Below are positions 58,057 through 63,928 of a stretch of 63,928 nucleotides of DNA, piece after piece. The DNA lies in the IMG/VR virus record IMGVR_UViG_3300012147_000014, positions 1 to 63,928 of that record; one strand, written 5' to 3'. This DNA comes from a virus. Its lineage: Duplodnaviria > Caudoviricetes. Every line of letters begins with the position of its first letter. Within the stretch, counting starts at the first letter, position 1. The notes beneath the pieces are model-generated. The model saw only the letters and a program-made list of their open reading frames with translations. It was not told where the DNA came from and did not search any database. A program made the translations under genes and the position numbers.

Positions 58057-59655
58057 ATGACTGAAACCGTAATACGCCCACCGATTCCAAGGAGGCAGAA
58101 GGGTAAAACACTTGACCAAGACGGCCTCCAAGAAGCGCTGGATAGCTCGCCTGATGTGCTCAATAAAGGCACGGCGCAATTCTTCACGCCAAAGGATTAC
58201 GCGCGCGTCTTTGCGCTGCCACTTTCGCCAGTGCGCCCCGTGATATTCGACCCTCATTGCGGCGATCATTCGCTGCTCAGCGGAGCCAGTTTTGAGCACA
58301 CGAAAACGCTACTCGGCACCGACCTTGACCGTCGGTCGCAGTCCTCCCAAGTCCGCACAATTATCGGCGATCTAAATAACATTCTGCCGCTCATGCAGCA
58401 GGCTAAGTGTTACTTTGATTTACTCGTTATGAACCCGCCCTTTGGGCTTCGCTGGCCAGCCCCAGAAGTCAGCCTTAAGCACCGGCGCCCGTCTCGGGTA
58501 ATTGATGGAGTTGTCCACATGGATAGCGTCCAGGCGTCGTGGTTGATCGCACTTGACCGCCTCTCCGAGTATGGCGAGGGCATGATGATTGCGCCGCAAC
58601 CAGTTGTCGAAAAGCTCATTGTGCCGTGTCCAACCTACTCACGAGTCTGGATGCACGTCACCTTGCCGCAGTTCTTTCCCGGCGTGCGGGACACCCGCAA
58701 GATGGCCGTGCTCTACTTTGCTAAAAAACACCGCAACGGTGGAAAGCCGTGCAAGGTCAATATGCCGAGCTCCGCCCTGCAGGTTGTCGCTCAATATATG
58801 CGGCGCTACGCTAACCAGCGCCCAACATGGCTAGGCAAGACTGAGCGCATTGACGTAGGGACTCGCCACATGCGCGACACAACGACTCCCGAGCGCTTCC
58901 TTATGGTTCGTGAAGAGTGGGAAGCCCGTAAGCGCCAGAACCGCCCAAAATTCAACATTTGGCTGGGTGACAACGGATACATCGGCACTCACCTTTCTGG
59001 CTTTGATCAAGTCTCTCGCCGCATCTCCAAAGACTTGGCTCGGGCACTCCACGGGCTGCGGGGTCGCCGGCCTGTCGAACTCGTACTCACTAAGAGCGAT
59101 CGGCTCGCACTGCTCCACACTGTCCGCGAGGCGGGCTGGAAGGTTGACCCTAAACTGATCAAGGCTGTCGAGTATTCCGTTCAGGAATACCACCGCTCAC
59201 GCACTCCCTTTACCAAGCCCACCCTAGCTATGCGTGTGGCTTGGGCAGAAGAGGAAGACCGGCTTACTGCGGCCAACGATTGGCTTGGCTTCAAGGCCGG
59301 AGAAACCTATCGCTTAACAAGCGATACCTTCGAGGGTCGTAAAATTGAGTTTCGCGAGAACCCTGACCTCGGGGAAGAGGAAGTTCTCGTGTCCGGCCAA
59401 GAGTTGATGATCTGCGTCAACGACTCCGTTGGCCAAGTCCACGGATTCACTCAATACGCGCTCGATAAAGACACAATTCGCGCTGAATACGAAGACGACG
59501 ACGATACCTGTCGAGTCCTCTCCACTGTCGATGAATTTCACTCTATTCGTGATCTGATGCTGCACTTCAACATGCCGGACGTTCCCGACATAGCTGAAGT
59601 CAGTCCAGACCTTTACCAACACTACAGAAATAAACTCAAAGCACTAGAAACATGA
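58057..59655 (+). CDS. N6-adenine methyltransferase-like protein with C-terminal extension
   Basis: QFFTP, FDPHCG, MNPPFG. Confidence 0.75.
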   Translation: MTETVIRPPIPRRQKGKTLDQDGLQEALDSSPDVLNKGTAQFFTPKDYARVFALPLSPVRPVIFDPHCGDHSLLSGASFEHTKTLLGTDLDRRSQSSQVRTIIGDLNNILPLMQQAKCYFDLLVMNPPFGLRWPAPEVSLKHRRPSRVIDGVVHMDSVQASWLIALDRLSEYGEGMMIAPQPVVEKLIVPCPTYSRVWMHVTLPQFFPGVRDTRKMAVLYFAKKHRNGGKPCKVNMPSSALQVVAQYMRRYANQRPTWLGKTERIDVGTRHMRDTTTPERFLMVREEWEARKRQNRPKFNIWLGDNGYIGTHLSGFDQVSRRISKDLARALHGLRGRRPVELVLTKSDRLALLHTVREAGWKVDPKLIKAVEYSVQEYHRSRTPFTKPTLAMRVAWAEEEDRLTAANDWLGFKAGETYRLTSDTFEGRKIEFRENPDLGEEEVLVSGQELMICVNDSVGQVHGFTQYALDKDTIRAEYEDDDDTCRVLSTVDEFHSIRDLMLHFNMPDVPDIAEVSPDLYQHYRNKLKALET

Positions 59656-59945
59656 TTGATCTAACACCACCTATTCCATTCAGCACCACGCCGCGCTTCC
59701 TGTTCGCAGATAGCGCGTATGGCGAGGGCGAGGGCGTGACTTATCGCTTCTTCGTCGTCCACACATCACACCCGCGCATGGTAGTCGAGGTCATACCCGA
59801 CGACGCAGGCAAAGTAGAGTTTCGTATGGCCGAACAAATCGACCCTTTTGCCAAAAACACTATCGGGGTTCTCATGCAAGAAATCGGCGAATTTGCCGTC
59901 GCTCAGCTCAACGCGAGAATTGAGGAAAGCGAAGAGGTCGAATAA
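59652..59945 (+). CDS. hypothetical protein
   Basis: PRFLFAD..FVVHT.HPR. Confidence 0.55.
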   Translation: MIDLTPPIPFSTTPRFLFADSAYGEGEGVTYRFFVVHTSHPRMVVEVIPDDAGKVEFRMAEQIDPFAKNTIGVLMQEIGEFAVAQLNARIEESEEVE

Positions 59946-60063
59946 CAATTTAGGTTCGTCGTCGCGCCTAGATCAGTAGCAGAACAAGTCGTCCGGAGAG
60001 TAGTGACCTCTAGTAAAAAGATTACTTGGATGCAGCTAAATATCGAAGCGTGGTTACGGCCCC

Positions 60064-60300
60064 ATCGCTCTAGTTGGAGCTTGGCTATCCAAAACTGTTT
60101 CCGAGGTCTCGTGCGCATCGCCGAGGTTCAACCGTTCGCAGGAATCAGTAAAGCAAGGCCGTTGGTTCCGATCACCCGGGCTGCAACCGCCGAGCTGGAT
60201 CTCGTAAGTGGGAAGAGGTCGCAAGCGACCTCCGAAATCCCCATCGGCGGATGCCTCCCGGGTTCAATGAAATCAACTTCGCAAGCCCAACTAGAGTGAT
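60064..60300 (+). ncRNA. retron-like msr-msd unit 1
   Basis: a1 60064-60083 pairs with a2 60282-60300; conserved msr 60082-60151; msd hairpin 60161-60277. Confidence 0.8.
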
Positions 60301-60430
60301 AAACTTTCAGGCAAATCAACAAGCTCATGGGACTGAAGAGAAAGGAAACCCGATCGGGGGGCGTAGTGACCCTCTAGCAGAAAGTCGGTAGATCTGAGTA
60401 TCTGAAACCATAGGTGAGTTGTGACTCCTG

Positions 60431-60647
60431 GCACCCAAATGAACGTCTGGCTATCCAAAACTGTTTCTGAGGTCTCGTGCGCATCGCCGAGGTTCAACCG
60501 TTCGCAGGAATCAGTAAGAACGTCCCGCGTTCCTGGAGAACTAAAGCCTGAATGCGTGCCGTATATTTCCTTAGTGAGAAGAAAATATACCCGCACGCAT
60601 TCCTGCTTTAGTGATCCAGGAACGCTTCGCAGGCCTCGTGAGGGTGC
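60431..60647 (+). ncRNA. retron-like msr-msd unit 2
   Basis: a1 60431-60449 pairs with a2 60630-60647; msr 60448-60517 (69/70 identical to unit 1); msd hairpin 60527-60625. Confidence 0.8.
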
Positions 60648-60687
60648 AAAACTTTCATCCAACTAAATCAACTAAAACCAATCCATT

Positions 60688-60912
60688 ATGGCACATCAAA
60701 AATACAGCAAATCGCAATACCAGCGCGACCTTGAAGACGGTATCGTCACCTACGATAAGGCGACGATCGAGCAAATCGAAAAGATACCAACCAGTAAGCA
60801 CGACCCGAAGAAGCGCGGCCGGAAAGCGAACACGTTCTCGCCGAACTTCATCCGGACACACCACGTCGATTTATTCAATGCTGCTTACGAGCGGTACTTG
60901 AAGAGTAATTAA
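60688..60912 (+). CDS. small basic protein between ncRNAs and RT
   Basis: 74 aa, A/C-rich leader. Confidence 0.6.
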   Translation: MAHQKYSKSQYQRDLEDGIVTYDKATIEQIEKIPTSKHDPKKRGRKANTFSPNFIRTHHVDLFNAAYERYLKSN

Positions 60913-60932
60913 CCATCACCCCAAGGAAATCC

Positions 60933-61856
60933 ATGAACCGAATTGAGATACCAAAGGGCAACGGCAAGACCCGCGTGATCTGGGTGCCGACAGCTACTGA
61001 AAAGCATATCGCTCGCGAAGTGCTCACCTCCTTGGAATCGGTCTATCGGCCTCGGGAGTGTGTTCACGGGTTTACCTTTGGGCGCAGTCCCGTCACCAAC
61101 GCACTCGCGCACGCGGGCGAATGGCGCTTCACCCTCTCGATGGATATTTCCGCGTTCTTTGACAACGTAGATGTTCGGAAGGTTACTGGGGTTATGTGGG
61201 CGGTAGATGGTGCCAACAACAGAGCCTTCGTGGAACACACTCCTGACTGCGATCTGCTCGCTTTCCCCGACTGTAGAGCCGTCCAAGGCCTGCCGTGTTC
61301 ACCTATTATCGCGAACATGGCAATGGATGATGCCGACGGCCGCATACTCGCCATGCGCGAGCAGTCGCGGCTTGGGTGGAATTTCGTCTACACTCGCTAC
61401 GCCGACGACCTGACCTTTTCCTTCAACCATCCTAATGTCGGGCGGCGCTTAATTGCAGCCATCCCGGGAGTGTTGGCCGACTACGGATTTGAGCTCAACC
61501 CGAGCAAGACGCACTGGCAGGAGGCTACCTGTGGCTACCGTAAAGTGACCGGCGTATCCGTGGGGAAGAGCAACATACATATTCCCCGATCAGTGAAGCG
61601 TAAAATCCGTGCCGCCGAGCACCAAGCTAAGGTCGGGATGAAGCCGAAAACTTGGGCGCGATTCGAGGGCAACAAATACCGCCAACAAGACCAACTCGAA
61701 GGACTCATGGAGTGGGCGACTCTCAAGCGTCCGAGGCGGCGCAGCACCGGCACCGTAGAATCGCCGCTGCCCGTCCACGGAAGTCGAGAAGTCCCTGGTC
61801 GGCCGCTCACTAGAAACACTTTCGCGACTGTCCAAGAGAGAGTCATCACGGCATAA
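60933..61856 (+). CDS. retron-type reverse transcriptase
   Basis: IPKGNGKTR, NALAH (region X), DISAFF, QGLPCSP, YTRYADD, VTG (region Y). Confidence 0.92.
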   Translation: MNRIEIPKGNGKTRVIWVPTATEKHIAREVLTSLESVYRPRECVHGFTFGRSPVTNALAHAGEWRFTLSMDISAFFDNVDVRKVTGVMWAVDGANNRAFVEHTPDCDLLAFPDCRAVQGLPCSPIIANMAMDDADGRILAMREQSRLGWNFVYTRYADDLTFSFNHPNVGRRLIAAIPGVLADYGFELNPSKTHWQEATCGYRKVTGVSVGKSNIHIPRSVKRKIRAAEHQAKVGMKPKTWARFEGNKYRQQDQLEGLMEWATLKRPRRRSTGTVESPLPVHGSREVPGRPLTRNTFATVQERVITA

Positions 61857-61873
61857 TTAAAGAAACCTAACCT

Positions 61874-62119
61874 ATGATTAAATCAAAATCCTTCGGACAA
61901 CTTGCAACAATGCTTTCAGAAAAGCACGGGAAAAACCGACTGCGGTCGCACTTAGGTTTGTCGTGGCGCGATTTCAATATGCGGTTAAAGGGGTACCTTC
62001 CCCCTGGCTCGCGTCAGTGGCTATTTAGAGCTGACTGGGCTGAGGCGAGCCAAGAGATAACAAATCAAAACCCGAACGGTTCAAGTGAGCCAACTCAACC
62101 AAAACCAAACCATGCTTAA
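61874..62119 (+). CDS. small HTH-like protein
   Basis: RLRSHLGLSWRDFNMRLKG. Confidence 0.45.
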   Translation: MIKSKSFGQLATMLSEKHGKNRLRSHLGLSWRDFNMRLKGYLPPGSRQWLFRADWAEASQEITNQNPNGSSEPTQPKPNHA

Positions 62120-63890
62120 ATTCAAAAATTTCCAATTGGACGACCTGGCGCGAGCCGGCTGTCGTGATTCACTCATTCTCTCGTGGGACAAAGGCGGAGG
62201 CAAGACCTACGCCGCATTCGCGTGGCCTCTCATCAAAGACGCCAAGCGTGTTCTGATCGTCGCGCTCGAAGACCTGCACCCGCAGTTCAAGGACACGGCT
62301 CGACAGTTTGGCTACAGCCTGCTCCCACTTACGTCGATCAGCGACCTCTACTCGTGGAAGCTCGACAGGAAGAGCAGGGTCAATAAACCGCAGTTCTTCA
62401 TCACCACCTTCCAGCAGCTCGGCTACAACGCATCCGACGAAACCGCCGGCGAAGAAAAGTTCGATGGCTCCGTGGAGTATCCGGCTACAGTGATCAAGAG
62501 CCGCAAGCAACTAATCAAGGGCATGCAGTCTAAGGTGACTTTCTTGGAGCTTTCGGAGGGTGTCGGTGAATCTCAAAATGGTATTTTCTGCACCTTAAAG
62601 CCATCGCTCGCGACTATGCTGGCGACACACGACTCATTTGACTGCGTTGTGGTCGACGAAGGCGTGCGGCTCCAATCGACTGACTCCTATATTTCAAAGG
62701 GTGTCCGGCGGCTTGAGCCACTTTATCGAATGATTATGACCGCGACTCCGATCAAAAACCGACTAGAGTCGTTCTTTTGGCTCGGGCATTGGGTTGCAGG
62801 CTCTCCGAAAGTTGCAAATGAAATTTGGCCTTATGATCCCACTTCCGAGTCCCGTGAGCGTTTCGCGAATGACCACTCACAGGAAGATCGATTTCTCACG
62901 CGGGAGGACGTTTACTTCGAGACGAATCGAAAGACGAGGAAGATTGCCAAGCGGTCGGCGCGCATTTGCAACATTCACCGCCTATGGAAACTCCTCAGTC
63001 CGCTAGTTTTGCGCCGACGGAAGTGCGATTTCGGAGAGGATATTGTGCCGAAACTCTTTCATTTTGTCGCCGTCCCATTTGGCGCAGCGCAGAAAAACAC
63101 CTATCGGGAGTGGGTTGAGAATCCTCCGACGGTAACAAAGGATGGGGCGGATATTAAAAACGCCCGAGTTAGAGCAGCTATCCAAATCGGCTTGCTGCGC
63201 CAAGCGGCGCTCTGCCCAAATTCGATTAAGCTCTACCCTTATCAAAGTGGTGAAGCTATGACCCCGAAACTCGCCGCTGTTCTCGGAATTATTTCGGAGC
63301 GGTTGATGCTCGGCGAACAAGTGATGGTTGGATCAAGTTTTCACGACTTCTCTGAAACACTCGACGGCCTACTTCGCGGAGCTGGCGTGGCTAGTCTTCG
63401 GCTTGACGGCCTGACCGCACCAAAGAAACGCGGAGCTCTCGCTCAGAAATTTAAGAACCGGGAGTACTCTGTTATGGTTGCCGGCCAAAAAGCGATGTCG
63501 GAAGGCCACTCTTTCGAGTGCTGTAACAACCTTATCGTGCCATCGATTGATTGGGCGTTCGATGTGAACGACCAAATCATCGACCGGGTTCATCGGCTCA
63601 CCTCGACCAAGCCTGTAAATATCTGGATCATCCAAACGGATGATTCGATCGATCAGCCGATTGCCAAGCTCTTCAAGGACAAATCCGATTCGTCCAGTCT
63701 AGCTTTTGACGGGGTTCTGACGGAGGAAGTTATTCAGGAGGTGAGCCTTCAGCAACTTGCGAACACTGCCTGCGAAACTTTCAACTCGGCCTCACAGACT
63801 CTCGATGAGAGTGCTCTCTACGAGGACTGGATAGCCAAGCTGAAACCGAAGTTGAGAGAGGCTCAAGCTTGTTTCTGTGCGAAATCCTAA
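62112..63890 (+). CDS. SNF2-family helicase
   Basis: DKGGGKT, VVDEG, TATPIKN, RLDG, SEGHS, QIIDRVHR. Confidence 0.85.
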   Translation: MLKFKNFQLDDLARAGCRDSLILSWDKGGGKTYAAFAWPLIKDAKRVLIVALEDLHPQFKDTARQFGYSLLPLTSISDLYSWKLDRKSRVNKPQFFITTFQQLGYNASDETAGEEKFDGSVEYPATVIKSRKQLIKGMQSKVTFLELSEGVGESQNGIFCTLKPSLATMLATHDSFDCVVVDEGVRLQSTDSYISKGVRRLEPLYRMIMTATPIKNRLESFFWLGHWVAGSPKVANEIWPYDPTSESRERFANDHSQEDRFLTREDVYFETNRKTRKIAKRSARICNIHRLWKLLSPLVLRRRKCDFGEDIVPKLFHFVAVPFGAAQKNTYREWVENPPTVTKDGADIKNARVRAAIQIGLLRQAALCPNSIKLYPYQSGEAMTPKLAAVLGIISERLMLGEQVMVGSSFHDFSETLDGLLRGAGVASLRLDGLTAPKKRGALAQKFKNREYSVMVAGQKAMSEGHSFECCNNLIVPSIDWAFDVNDQIIDRVHRLTSTKPVNIWIIQTDDSIDQPIAKLFKDKSDSSSLAFDGVLTEEVIQEVSLQQLANTACETFNSASQTLDESALYEDWIAKLKPKLREAQACFCAKS

Positions 63891-63928
63891 AATATTTTTT
63901 CACAGATAAACCTCGAGAAAAGGAAAGT

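Noticed and set aside
60333-60350. Hammerhead ribozyme (CTGAAGA...GAAA)
   Set aside because: No stem II closing pair and no convincing stems I/III.
60003-60666. ORFs overlapping the retron RNAs (60003-60299, 60421-60666, 60291-60662)
   Set aside because: No protein features; conservation pattern follows base-pairing.
60082-61856. Diversity-generating retroelement (RT, repeat pair, tail fibre)
   Set aside because: Both repeats are non-coding and differ by one C/T rather than at adenines; I saw no variable-repeat copy in a CDS; the RT has retron X/Y motifs.
60933-61856. Group II intron
   Set aside because: RT is short with no maturase domain and no domain V/VI recognised downstream.
63918-63928. 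Terminal 11-mer as prophage attL/attR
   Set aside because: Integrase and tRNA-like attP are internal; the 11-mer is more likely a circularisation or assembly overlap.

Overview
The window looks like an essentially complete ~64 kb temperate tailed-phage genome; the first and last 11 nt are identical (AAAAGGAAAGT). The RadC sequence and gene content weakly suggest a Verrucomicrobia/Opitutae-like host (inference). Left arm (- strand, 169-12400): methyltransferases, replication initiator with iterons, DnaC-like loader, YqaJ/RecT recombination and RuvC-like genes, then the repressor switch, a tyrosine integrase and a tRNA-3'-end attP. Middle (- strand, 14550-43600): lysis-position genes, an LRR tail fibre, tail, capsid, lambda-like portal and terminase. 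Right arm (+ strand, 43800-63890): accessory genes including RadC, a beta-clamp homologue, DUF3150/DUF1257/DUF2997-like genes with an AAA ATPase, an MTase and an SNF2 helicase. Most striking: (1) a retron-type RT (NAxxH, YADD, VTG) preceded by TWO tandem msr-msd units that share a 70-nt msr but have different a1/a2 arms and msd hairpins, with no recognisable toxin effector; (2) an intergenic group I ribozyme core clamped by a 15-bp stem, with no visible P1; (3) ten copies of an ATCATTA-N3-TAATGAT palindrome; (4) TTGAC 13-17 nt before eight late-gene ATGs; (5) a shared C-terminal RxITA tag on three unrelated proteins, including the RT; (6) a putative head polyprotein with repeated T[NED]F processing-like motifs. 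All family calls are by-eye motif recognition, not database results.
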